Source of the DNA: Centroscyllium fabricii
Taxonomy: Eukaryota
Direction of reading: 5' to 3'
NCBI GenBank assembly: GCA_051313645.2
Contig: JBNRSN020000002.1
Coordinates: forward strand, 323,764,001 to 323,828,000
DNA: 64,000 bases
The notes beneath the pieces are model-generated. The model did no database searches. It was not told the DNA's origin and saw nothing but the letters and a program-made list of their open reading frames with translations. This document shows positions 52,101 to 64,000 of the stretch, in pieces; within the stretch, counting starts at the first letter, position 1, and the number at the start of each line of letters is the position of its first letter. A program made the translations under genes and the position numbers.

Positions 52101-52831
52101 TGATTGTAACGTGGTATTGAAGGAACTCGATTCACACTTGCTCTTTGCTTCTTGTAACCAGTGTTCGGACGGGCGATGCTCGAAGAATGATTTGACCTCC
52201 TAACGCGGGTCGGTGGTTCGCAATGCAAAGGGACACTTTACTATTTATTAGTGTTAGCGGAAAACCCAGACCTAAAGTGCAAAGTCGACGAGTGCCGCTG
52301 TTGCTTTAAGTTAGAATTGCAACCTTTAGTGAAGGAAACAGGAGTCGGGTTACACACGCTAGCGACGGTGGCTCTGGTCACTGAAGCTCTAACGCACGTC
52401 CATCTTGCCGATTAGTTGGGCCCTGCTCTCGCCGCCTCCTGTACACTGCGCGATGGTTTCATTCTCACATTGTGTTATTTAATTTTTACTCAGAAATACA
52501 CTAAATCCCTGATCAGAAAATACACCATTTTAAAACTGGAGTTAGGTCCAATTACTATATCTATATAATAAGAATACTTGCATATTTGTATTCAGAATAT
52601 ATTGAACAACTTGCCGGAGTAGCAAATCAGCAAAATTAGACCCTGAAGAGGAAATAGCTGATCGCCTCGAATCGCTGTAGCCTGCCCGAGTTCACTGGTG
52701 CAGGTTATATAGCAGGAGATACCAAACGGCCCTAATGGGTCAGAGTATCGGATGGGTGGAGTCAGACAATAGATGTGGGAGATCCCTTACTGTAGCTGGA
52801 GAAATAATACACTGTTACAGGGATAAAGTTA

Positions 52832-52975
52832 TAGTCCAACAGTCTCTCTTTCACCTGACGAAGGGGCAGAAGCTCCGACAGCTTGTGATTTAAAATAAAA
52901 CTGTTGGACTATAATCTGGTGTTGTGTGACTTCTTGCATTTGTCCACCCCAGTCCAACACCGGCACCTCCACATC
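52832..52975 (+). mobile_element. Second copy of the same Penelope-like element, opposite orientation
   Basis: Reverse-complement match to 51902-52025. Flanking duplication ACAGG(G/T)ATAAAGTTA (52817-52831, 52976-52990). Confidence 0.7.
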
Positions 52976-53229
52976 ACAGGTATAAAGTTAGGAGGCGATT
53001 GAGTAAATAGTACTCGGAGCTTACATCTAAAAGGATAGATCTGATCACCCGCACATTATACGGTTAGCAGCAGGTACATTCACCAACAGGTTCGCTTTTA
53101 TGAAAGTATCTTATTTTTTAATGCAGAACGCACCTGAGACATACAGTGTGCATAAAATGCACCCATCCTTGTCCAGTTGTCTGTTTCACCCATTCATGAA
53201 TCATTGGCGCCACTTTACAAAACTGATAT

Positions 53230-53552
53230 TCTGTTGTTATTTTAGATTTCCAGCTTCTGCAGTATTTTGCTAGCGTACTAGTGTTTGGTTCACTGCCACA
53301 CCTCTTCTAGGAATGCCCACCTTGAAAAAGTTCTGCTCTTCTCTTCGAAGGGATCTCCGTTTGGCTCTTCAACCTTGTCCATCTGTTCTTTCCGCACCCC
53401 CCCCCCCCCCCCCACAAGCTTTAATATCTATCCCCCCTCCCTCCCGGCTTCTCCAGGTTCGAAGAAAGGTCATCGACCTGAAACGTCAACTCTGCTCCTC
53501 TCTCCACCGATGCTGCCTGGCCTGCTGAGTTTCTCCAGCGTTTTCTGTTATT
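53230..53552 (+). repeat. Penelope-like terminal fragment with degenerate hammerhead motif
   Basis: GTTCGAAGAAAGGTCATCGACCTGAAACGTCAAC followed by CTCTCCACCGATGCTGCCTGGCCTGCTGAG. Same family as 22039-22211. Confidence 0.55.
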
Positions 53553-56500
53553 TTACAAAACTGGTTGGGTTTGCCGTAGAATGCTATAGGCGTGTTCCTG
53601 TAAAGTAGAAAGACACTTTAGACAAGAACGAAACAGTTCCGAATTATTTTCATCTGTTCTAAGCCGGAAAATGCACGGAAACGAATGGTTGTTGTGCTCT
53701 GATTTATGAAAACATAGCCACTAATTATGTTCGTTTTTATTATTGAGTCAGTGGTATTGAAACTCTAGGTTTTACAGAAAGGACAGAGCACACGGTACTG
53801 ATGAACATGTCCGTAGACAGCATTACTCTTTTTTAAGCGCGCTTTTGGTACAGAATTAAATGGTCTTTCCCATATTGTATGGAGCAAATGCGTGTGTGTG
53901 CGTGAATTCAGAGAACAGAAGAAATATGTCTTCCTCTATATTGTCTGTCCGACTCTTATTTAGTACATGTAAGATAATCCAATAGCGACGGACGTATGTG
54001 AGAAAGAGCAAGCGTGAGAGGTCCAGATAATATTACACTCAGTTAATAAACACCATTTCCAAGTGGAAAACAAATATATTATTCAGCAGAAGCAGTTGAA
54101 ATTAAAGTATAAGTGACAACCGAAAACAATGATTATAACAGGGCCACCACGATTCCTGAGCAATTTCACGGTTTTGAGCAACATGTATATTTCTACATGT
54201 AATGCTGTATATATCCTGTGCGCATACATCAAGTTAAAGCATTCTTGTAAGTGTGCAATGATTTCTAATATTGCAGATCATTTTGTGGATGTCTTAAAAC
54301 ATTGATAGAGTTACTACACAATTGAAAAACTCTATTTACAAGGAATTAGGAACATTGAAAGTATCTGGAAAAATACATGCATTTTTTTCTTTTGGTGATT
54401 TTCCATAAAACTGGAAAACCATCAGGGAGAACATTCACTTGTTCACAATTTGTGAAGACGAAGGTGCTCCCTTTCTTATCTTGGTCATGGTTGTTGAAAA
54501 ATTTGAGTGAACCGGTGGTAACAACTGTCATAATCATTGTCCAAAAACCTAAACATCTGTCATACCTTCTAGGTAATAATTACCTTCTGAATCTTTGCAT
54601 GTTCAAATGGCATAAATAATTTAGCTACTGCTTCCAATGTTTGCAATATTTTCTGTGCAGTAAATCCTAGAAAATGTGGCAAGTTCAAACAAGATTATTG
54701 TAATTTTTCATGAAAGTGTACTTTTGTGAGAATGAGTCATAAAGGTACTGTAAATGTTTTGTTGAATATATGTGTTTGTTTCTTCAACATAACACATACA
54801 TCACCTTATGAATCATTTTTCAGAAAGATACACTTTCATACAAAATTATATATATATATATATATACATAGCTGTGTTTTAGGTCACATACCTGTGGGTG
54901 GTGGTAAGTACAATACAGTAGTGGTGAAATATTGATACATTTTAAAGATTACCTGCATGTAGAATTTTATATCTTTTAAACCTATCTAAAAAAATCAACC
55001 CATCTTAAAAAAGTGTTAGATATTGTATACCCTCAGTAAAGCAAATTAGAATATTGGGTCAAATTATATCAGTTATTGCCTACTCATGGCCAATTAATGG
55101 TTTGTCCCAGTGGCTTACATTAAAAATAGGATGGCACTGAGATCTTCTGAAAAGTTCTTGTCAGACAGTAACGATCAACAATCCTCACCAATTGACCCTA
55201 TATAGATTCAGCTCTGTGTTTACCATGATATCCGGTGGTTCATGATATTCTAGTTTACACTGCTGCAGACCGAAAAGATTATATACATTCACAGAGCCAG
55301 AACATCAACAATGCCTTATGGTTGCTTAGAGAGGAAGATCAACAGTTCTTTTCTGTGTCAGACCAGGCATCCATGGACTCTGCTCTAATCATGAGCCAAT
55401 GGTAACTTTACATGTCAGTATGATTTACATTTTATTGATACTCCTGATCTTGCCCAAGTCTAAACTGGAATCATGCTGGTACAAAGTAGGTGATGTAAGT
55501 GGACTATTGGAATGTTATTCTGGCACTGCAGTTTTTTGGCATAGAAACTCAACTCCCTCTTTTATGAGTTTACTACTGTTATGAGTCCAAAGTCACTGCA
55601 ATGTTTACATTTCAGTTGTATTCTACATTGAGTGTCAAAATGATTCTGAATTCAACCAAAATCCAATCTATAATATGCATCCTAATTTTTCCAAACCAGG
55701 AAAAAAGCAGAATCATCTTAGATTTTGGGTATTTAACAATTATAGATCAAGATTGCCGAGTGACTGCAGGGTCTTCATTTTATTTAGTAGTATTTGTCTC
55801 CAAGTAACAGGGGATGGCAGTGTAGGGCTGTCAATTCATTGCAGTGGATTCTCCCTGTGCACCCTAATGACTAGATTAAAGGTCTCAGTTCTGCTGTGGT
55901 ATCAAAGAGCTATCAGCTGGATGCAGAGTGGGTTGTACCAGGGTCAATTCAGATATTATATTATGCACTGAATCCAGTATATAAATAGCTTAGGTGTGTG
56001 CAGGTTGAGTGGAGCTATTGATTTATATTGCTGGCGTTCAACTACACAGTTATAATATATGTATATTTGTGTGCGTGTGCATAGCTGCGTGATGAGTGCT
56101 TGCTTATGTACCATGCTGAAATGACAGATGTTGCAAGCGTACAAACTCAAACTCTGAATTCATGTATCCACAGGCACAGATTAAGCATTATGCATCATTT
56201 AATGGATGGTAGGCAGTTCCAAGAAAGTAAATGTGGCATAAATTCAGTGAGAATTTAGACAATTCTATTTCCAAATTGATGCTGGCATGAACTTGAAGCT
56301 GGATTGATAAATTTACTTCAACTACACTGGCTATTAAGAGGTCCAGTCTGACTTCTGATTGCTCATATGATTGGAACGCTGGAGGTAATGGCATCCCAGT
56401 CAATCTGTGTACTCATTTATTCTTTAGCTTCATCGAAGTCACCTTATTACAACCAAGAATATCATTTTGGCCAATCAGTATTCATCTCTTCATTGTTTTT

Positions 56501-57339
56501 CACAACAAATCAACATTTTGTCCATATCTCTTTCTCAATGTGAAGTTTCAGAAGTCAATGATTTATACACATATATCAGGTATCAATAGTTCTTTTCTTT
56601 TGATTTCACTCTGTTTAGGCCGAGGGCAACAAGGAAATAATTAGACAAATGATTCTGCAGCTTTAAAACTAGAACTCAAACAACCTTTATTTATTAATTT
56701 TCTGCCCTTTTCTTTTGAGGTTGTTGACTTAGGCTCGGTCACCATTCCATTCTCTGAGCCCCAAATACAGCACCCAAGAGCCCATACTTTTTGTGTGAGT
56801 CCAAATTCTGAATATTGGCAGGCTATTTGACTGTGGAGGGCATCATCACCAAGCCAAATCCTGTCATCATCTGACATTTGCACATGCACAGGGATCACTG
56901 GATAGTGATCTGGAGTGGAAACCCTGGATGATTTTCTCCTTCCCTGCGGTGAGTTGCAATAACCCAGCTCCTGATCTGTATGTTTCAGTTTCAAACATGT
57001 TTCATTTAATGCACAGAGCACTTATCCAATAGTTAGCTTCCAGCATGAGTTCATATTTGGTGCTTCATCTGCACAGTGACAGGATATTTCAAAGGATACT
57101 TCCAATGCAGTAAATGGTTGTAGCAGTTATGAGCTTAGTGGAAATCATTCACTCTTTTTATTGTAGGTAGTATAGATATGCATAGATGAAATGATAAAAT
57201 GATCTGCTTGTCAATGAATCCATGCTGGAAACAGGATATTGGAGGAGTGTGGTGTACATTAAGTGTACTGTTTCTGACCATTAATAAGGCCTGGACATTG
57301 TCCCAGAATTAAGAAATTATTTTAATCTGCACATTTGCC

Positions 57340-58437
57340 AGCAAAGTTGAAGCCCATAGAATAAAAGGGACAGTGCCAGCATGGATACGGAATTGGCTAA
57401 GTGACAGGAAACAGAGAGTAGTGGTGAATGGTAGTTTTTTCTGACTGGAGGAAGGTATACAGTGGTGTTCCCCAGGGGTCGGTTCTGGGACTACTGCTTG
57501 TCTTGATATATATTACTGACTTGGACATGGGTGCACAGGGCACAATTTCAAAATTTGCAGATGAAACAAAACTTGGAAATATAGTGAACAGTGAGGAGCA
57601 TAGCGATAGACTTCAGGAAGACATAGACAGGCTAGTGAAATGGGCGGACACGTGGCAGATGAAATTTAATGCAGAAAAGTGTGAAGTGATATATTTTGGT
57701 AGAAAGAATGAGGAGAGGATATATAAACTGAATGGTACAATCTTATAGGGGGTGCATGAACAGAGAGACCTGGGGTTTAGGTGCACAAATCATTGAAGGT
57801 GGCAGGGCAGGTTGAGAAAGCAGTTAAAAAGGCTTATGGAATCCTGAGCTTCATAAATAGAGGCATAGAGTACAAAAGTGTGGAAATTATGATGAACCTG
57901 TATAAAGCACTGATTCGGCCCCAACTGGAGTACTGTGTCCAATTCTGGGCACCACACTTTAGGAAGGACGTGAAGGCCTTAGAGAAGGCGCAGAAAAGAT
58001 TTACGAGAATGATTCCTGGAATGAGGGACTTTAGTTATGTTCATAGACTGCAGAAGTTGGGGTTGTTCTCCTTGGAGCAGTGAAGATTGAGAGGAGATTT
58101 GAGAGAGGTGTTCAAAATCATGAGGGGTCTGGACAGAGTAGAGAGAGAGAAACTATTCCCATTGGCAGGAAGGTTGAGAACCAGAGGACCCAAGTTTAAG
58201 GTGATTGGCAAAAGAACCAAAGGTGACGTAAGAAAAACCTTTTTACGCAGCAAGTGGTTAGGATCTAGAATGCACTGCTTGAAAGGGTGGTGGAGGCAGA
58301 TTCAATCACTGCTTTCAAAAGGGAGTTGGATAAGTAGCTGAAGGTAAAACATTTGCAGGGCTACGGAGAAAGGGCGGGGGAGTGCGACCAACTAAGAGCT
58401 GGCATAGGCTTGACGGGCCAAATGGCCTTCTTCCATG
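57340..58437 (+). mobile_element. CR1-like LINE, 5'-truncated
   Basis: GVPQGSVLG, SKFADETK, WQMKFNAEKC, LIRPQLEYCVQFWAP, then a CR1 3' tail. Confidence 0.92.
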
Positions 58438-58439
58438 TT

Positions 58440-58548
58440 GAGAGAGTGTGTGGGAGAGAGAGTGTGGGAGACAGTGTGTGTGTGTGAGAGAGAGAGAGAG
58501 ACTGTGAGAGAGTGTGAGGAAGAGAGAGTGTGGGAGAGAGAGTGTGAG
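58440..58548. repeat. GA/GT compound microsatellite
   Basis: Visible (GA)n/(GT)n mosaic. Confidence 0.85.
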
Positions 58549-58549
58549 A

Positions 58550-59435
58550 CCCCGCTGCCACGCGCCTTTACCAAATGTCAAGTCTGTCAGCGCTGAGCAG
58601 ACCCGACACGCAATGGCAGAGGAGGCAATTCAGGTCATTATGACCTTGTTAACTGAGGATTAACAGCAATTTTGAATTCACCTTTAGAATTTACCAGCTT
58701 GTCCATGGGGTCCACACTGCTCAGGGATCATGTCTGTTACGCTGGGCGGGAGTTGAATGGTGATGGAATCATTTCATTACTTGACAGCTTGAAATCTGCT
58801 ATAAAAGCTCCCATCTCACAGCTGTTTACTTTCCAAGTTCAGAAGCTGTTGCTTACTGGAAGACAGATTGAGCTTTATGCAGGTTGCAGTATTTGGAATA
58901 AACTCTCTATCCAGTGTCACCTCATTGGAACAACCTCTCACCATTGACAGATCGCTTCTATCATCTCAAGTTCACCAGCTGTCTAGTCAATCAGAATGGG
59001 TACAGTTTATACTCTCGCAGCTTGGTCCTCAGAATCTGACCACGATCAGCCGCAACACCAGCATCACCAGGCACACCAGCAGCACCAACAACAACACCAA
59101 ACTTCTTCACAATTACCTGATGCTGCACAGGACACAGGGCATCAGCACCCAACCACATTGCTGCCCAGGACACCAAGGATGGCCTCACCATGGCCAGATT
59201 TACTTCACTTGATGCTGCACACGTGGCTGCCACATGATGCCCCAGGTTGGCACCACCCCACACCATAAAGCATTCCTACAGTGTCCAAGCCATTCCTTTC
59301 ACACTCATCACCATTGTGGGGGGTACCGTTATGTCTCACCATTCACTGCAACTCACTAAGCCAGTTCCAAAGGTGCACACAAATCTGTCCAAGAACCCAA
59401 AGTGTTCAAAATAAAGATTTCAATGTTTGACAGCA
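58550..59435 (+). mobile_element. Probable Harbinger-type internal fragment with Q/H-rich ORF start
   Basis: ORF 58996-59268 (MGTVYTL..HQHHQAHQQHQQQHQ) parallels the Q/H-rich ORF at 2944 in the large Harbinger element. Termini not resolved. Confidence 0.4.
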
Positions 59436-59791
59436 CTAGTGTCTTAAATCTAAACAAAGCAAACTACGTAGGTATGAGGGGTGAGTTCACTGTGGTAGAT
59501 TGGGAAACTACATTAAAAGGTATGATGGTATACAAGCAATGGCCAGCATTTAAAGAATGAATACATAATTTGCAACAAATATACATTCCTTTAAGGCACA
59601 AAAACTCCACAGGAAAACTGGTCCAACCGTGACTAACAAGAGAAGTTAAAGATAGCATTAAATTAAACAAAGAGGCTTATAATTTTCCCAAAAAGGGAAG
59701 TAAGCCTGAAGATTGGGAAGATTTTAGAATTCAGCAAAGCAAGACCAAGAAATTGTTAAAGAAATAGAAAATAGAATATGATCGGAACATA

Positions 59792-61408
59792 GGGGGAGAT
59801 TTTTGCAAAGGTGTGGGAAGCTGGCGGCTTTTGGGCAGGTCAGCTTTCTGACACGAATGTTCAAGGGCCTGGGAGCCCCATGCAATTTTGGCTTAATTGG
59901 CCAATTAATTGCCTGCATGTCAGAGCCCCTGCCAATTGACTGATTCCAGTCAGAAAGCAGCGGGCTGCAGTTGACAGCCGGAGGTTTGATTGACAGTTCT
60001 AAGGACTGTATGTTGTTAGTTTCTATGGAAACAGTCCATTGTGACATCACAATGGAGTGCAACCAATTTCAAAGCCCAAGTGGGTTGAGTGACAGGTCTG
60101 TTGGTGAAAAATAAATTCACACGACCCCGAGTAAAAGCAAGAGACACACTTTATTGCTAACAGAGCTCTGGGAGAAAGGTTTGAGACCCTGCATCTGCGA
60201 AACCACTTTCACGGTTTAACAATGGTAACCGGGCTTCTTTTATACCCTTCAAGATGCCGCATAAGCAGTTTATTACATACAAATGTCATCCAATCACGCT
60301 CCCTTAGCAACAAGCCCCTTACCCAATCCTACATCTCTAACACTGACCGAATTATATTTATGCTTTAAGCTGAGTTTTCTCTTTATTTCCCTTCCAAAAC
60401 TAAAAACATACAGAGTCGTTGCACCACATTTGTTTTGTGGTTTTGAGAGGTCCCACTGAGATTGGTTCTTAAATGCAACCGTTGTGCTATCTTGATTACT
60501 GATCAACATTATGTCAGCGAGGCCATCTTGTCATGTGCCCATTGTCCCTTATTTACAAGGTTTACTTCTTACGGCACATTGGCATAATTCATTATGTTAC
60601 TGTCTTAAGTTTTATAATTATTTGTCACAACAGTTCCTCCTGTTGAGAATAAATTCATTGACATACGTTATACATATTCTTTAGCCATGGGGTGTTTGGT
60701 GGTGTTACGCGTGGATTGTAGTTCTTCCTCTTTATTGTCATCTGTGGTTAGTCATTTGCAAAGCTATCTATACACAGCAGGCTGCACCTGGCTATGAGTC
60801 AGTTACTTGCTTCTGTTACAAAGTTCATGTCAGCAGATAGCTGGCTTTGCACAGTGGTCAAGTCTCCCATCATGCTTTACTATGTCTGAAAAATCCACTC
60901 CAACAGGTCTAAGGACTCGCTGGAAAGCTTTCACAATGAGGGGCCATCTCTCTATGAAGCATTTCAGCATCTGTCAAGGTAAGTGTTTGGAAGGTTGTCT
61001 CCACAGCTGCTCCTCAGACAAGGGAGTCAGTTACACCTCCAGGGTGTTGAAGGCCTGGAAGGCATTCTGCTGTAGGTCCTTCAATGCTTTGAAGGTGAAA
61101 GTGACCAAGCCGATTGTGATCCTGCTAGGTTTCACTGGCGGGGTTTCAGGATGGTGGGTTATGGGTGGGAAGGGCTCAAAAATCACGAGGGGCCCTTAAA
61201 ATGGGATTACCCTTGGCAATTAAGGGCCCCTAATGAGCACAACGATCAACCCCACCAGTGGCGGGTGGGAAAGATTTGGGCCAGCTAGACACGCCGGCCG
61301 AAAATTGCAAAGCAGTGGGGATCCGGCGGGAGGGGTCGTGACCCCCTGGTTTTGGGATTTTAAGCCCCACCGGAAATGCACCCTCATGGCCCTCCAAAAA
61401 TTGCCCCC
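59792..61408 (-). mobile_element. Harbinger MITE (family of 27-857) containing a solo LTR
   Basis: TIR GGGGGAGATTTTTG / CAAAAATTGCCCCC. 3-bp TSD ATA (59789-59791, 61409-61411). Confidence 0.85.
60099..60905 (-). mobile_element. Solo LTR (807 bp)
   Basis: TGTTGG...CCAACA termini, 4-bp TSD GGTC, and on the - strand TATAAA (~60240) followed by AATAAA (~60152). Confidence 0.85.
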
Positions 61409-61561
61409 ATAGCGAGAGACTTAAAAACAGACTGTAAAATCTTCTATAGTAATATAAAAAGGAAAAGATTAGAGAAAGTAAATGTGGGTCCCTTACAGGC
61501 TAAGACAGGAGAAGTCATAATGGGGAATAAGGAAATTGCAGAGAAATTGAACAAATACTTG

Positions 61562-62420
61562 GGGCTGGATTTTACTCACCGAGATGCGTTGGGGCAGGAC
61601 TGCTGTCTTCTGGGTTCTCGGCCCGCCCTCAGCAACGTCTGACGCACAGATGCTATTTTCCCCTGATTGGCCTTGTAAGCCCCGTCCTGTGGGCTTGCCA
61701 GCCAAATAAGGGAAAGCCGGTGTCAGATGACGTCAGTTGATGACGCTTCATCTGCCGGTTTTCTTAAAGGCATATCTACCACAGTTGTTTGACAGATGAT
61801 TTGACAGTGTTTGACAATATTGGGGTGCTGTCAAACACTGATAATCACTGTCCAAAGGTGAGCCCTTGCACCCAGACTCTCCAATTACTCTGTCCTTAGG
61901 GTAAAACAGATGGCAGCTGCAGCTGAGATTGCAGAAGCCATCTGTCACTTCTCCCAATGAGATGAGGCTACACAAACACTTCACAGCTTGTCACCTGCAG
62001 AAACAGCTAACCACATTACATTCACAACATTTCCTTACCACTGATACTAACCAGTGGGCCATTGCATCCTTCACATCATTTCTGCAGCTGTCATCCAAAC
62101 ACCAACATAACAGACCCACAGCATGCCTCACTTACCCTGGCGGAGTTCCCCGATGTTGGGAAGCTTGGGCAGCAGCAGTTGAAAAATTGGAAAAAGCCTC
62201 TTAACTGCCTGTTAATTACCTGTTAACAGTCAGTTAAGTGGCTATAATCCTCATCCCACCACTGGAGGCGGGTCCCTACACAAAGTGGGGACCTGACTCC
62301 CGGGAAGATTGGATAGAGGCGGGTTGGGAGCGGGTTTGTGGGATCCGCTCCCATTTTTGGAGATTTTTCCAGCAGTCCCACCTCCAGACCTGCCTCCTCA
62401 GGGCTGGTAAAATCCAACCC
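61562..62420. mobile_element. Second Harbinger-type MITE family
   Basis: TIR GGGCTGGATTTTAC / GTAAAATCCAACCC, flanks TTG/CTG. Interrupts the CR1 coding sequence. Confidence 0.8.
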
Positions 62421-63197
62421 CTGGTGTCTGTCTTTACGGAAGAAGGCGCAAAAAACTTCCCGGAAATAGTGGAGAAACAAGGCTTTAGCAAGAATGAGGA
62501 ACTGAAAGAAATTAGTATTCATAAAAAAATAGTACTGGAGAAATTAATGGGACTGAAAGCCAATAAATCCCCTAGATCTGATGGCCTACATCCTAGGGTT
62601 TTGAAAGAGGTGGCTATAGAGATAGTGGTTTTCATTTTTCAAAATTCCATAGATTCTGGAATGGTTCCTGGGCATTGGAAGGAAGCAAATGTAACCCCAC
62701 TATTTAAGAAAAGAGGGAGAGAGAAAATGGTGAACTACAGATAAGTTAGCCTGACATCAGTAGCAGGGAAATTGCTAGAATCTATTATTAAGGAGGTGGT
62801 AACAGGGCATTTAGAAAATAATAATAGGATTGGGCAGAGTCAACATGGATTTATGAAAGGGAAATTGTTTTTGACAACTCTGTTAGAGTTTTTTGAGGTT
62901 GTAACTAGCAGAATAGATAAGGGGGATCCAGTGGATGTGGTGTATTTGGATTTTCAGAAGGCCTTCGATAAGGTGCCACACAAGAGGTTATTAAACAAAA
63001 TTAAGGCCCATGGGATAGGGGGTAATATACTAGCATGGATTGAGGATTGGTTAATGGACAGAAAACAGAGAGTAGGAATAAACAGGTAATTTTCAGGTTG
63101 GCAGGCTGGAACTAGTGGGGTACTGCAAGGATCAGTGCTTGGGCCTCGCTATTCACAATCTGCTTCAATGATTTGGATGAGGGGACCAAATATAATA

Positions 63198-63640
63198 CAG
63201 GTCCGACACCGTTAATCCAGAACCGGCGGGACTAGGCCGGGGCCGGACTAGTGAAAAATCCGAACAATTGAAGCTTCGGCGAGCACATGCGCAGACCATT
63301 CAAAATGGCCACCGCGAAGGCCGGTGGCCATTTTGAATGGTCTGTGCATGCGCTCACTGAAGCATCAATTGTTCGGGGAGAGGCCCGGGCATGCACCACC
63401 AAGCGCGGTGGCCATTTTGCGCATGCGCAGCCAAGCACGGCGGTCATTTTGTGCATGTGCAGCCAAGCGCAGCAGCCATTTTGCGCATGCGCAGACCAGT
63501 CTGGCAGTCGGGAAGAGGCCCGGGCATGTACAGCCAAGCGCAGCGACCGTTTTGCACATGCGCAGATCAGTTGGTCAGATTCGTTCCGGACGACTGAAGT
63601 TTCCGGATTACCAGTGTCCGGATTAACGGTACCGGACCTG
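63198..63640. mobile_element. Tc1/mariner-type MITE with internal GCGCATGCGC repeats
   Basis: TA|CAGGTCCGACACCGTTAATCC ... GGATTAACGGTACCGGACCTG|TA, inserted in the CR1 RT just before FADD. Confidence 0.85.
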
Positions 63641-64000
63641 TATAGCCAAGTTTGCCGATGATGCAAAGCTGGGTGGGAATGTAAGTTGTGAGGTGGATGC
63701 AAGGAGGCTTCAAGGGGATAGAGACAGGCTAAGTGTGTGGGCAAGAACATGGCAAATGGAATATAATGTGGAGAAATGCGAAGTTATCCACTTTGGTAGG
63801 AAATATGGAAAAACAGTATTTTTTAAATGGTGAGAGATTGGGAAATGTTGGTGTTCAGAGGGACCTGGGTGTCCTTGTACATGAATCGCTAGAAGCTAAC
63901 ATACGGGTACAGAAAGCAATTAGGAAAGCAAATGGAATGTTGGCCTTTATTACAAGAGGATTTGAGTATAAGGGTAAAGACGTTTTACCGCAATTATACA

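Larger units (their letters stand above)
59440..64000 (+). mobile_element. CR1-like LINE ORF2 split by three DNA-transposon insertions; runs off the window
   Basis: Colinear pieces: LNLNKANY, FYSNIKRKRLEKVNVGPL, LKANKSPRSDGLHPRVLKE, YLDFQKAFDKVPH, FADDAKL. Confidence 0.9.

Noticed and set aside
46900-64000. Exons of the usual downstream neighbour ENPEP
   Set aside because: No aminopeptidase-like translation was recognised on either strand in this window.

Overview
Eukaryotic (vertebrate) genomic DNA. The SINE, CR1, Penelope-like and Harbinger repeat content suggests a cartilaginous fish (shark/ray); this is an inference. The only intact host gene is the paired-like homeobox gene Pitx2 on the + strand. 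Exon 2 (33026-33062), exon 3 (34563-34697), exon 4 (42730-42913), exon 5 (43684-43889) and exon 6 (45756-46319) give intact Pitx2b (313 aa) and Pitx2c (317 aa). The exon2-exon5 (Pitx2a) junction reads TAA. The gene sits in a repeat-poor, CpG-retaining ~31 kb domain with two promoter-like regions and a FoxH1-site cluster in the last intron. The flanks (1-16.5 kb, 57-64 kb) are dense with nested transposons: PIF/Harbinger elements, Tc1/mariner-type MITEs, CR1/L2 LINE fragments, SINEs, a solo LTR and an integrase-deleted Gypsy element. The Gypsy element's primer-binding position is complementary to its own LTR poly(A) signal. Most ORFs in the supplied track are spurious. All family assignments come from recognition of motifs and structure, not from database searches.
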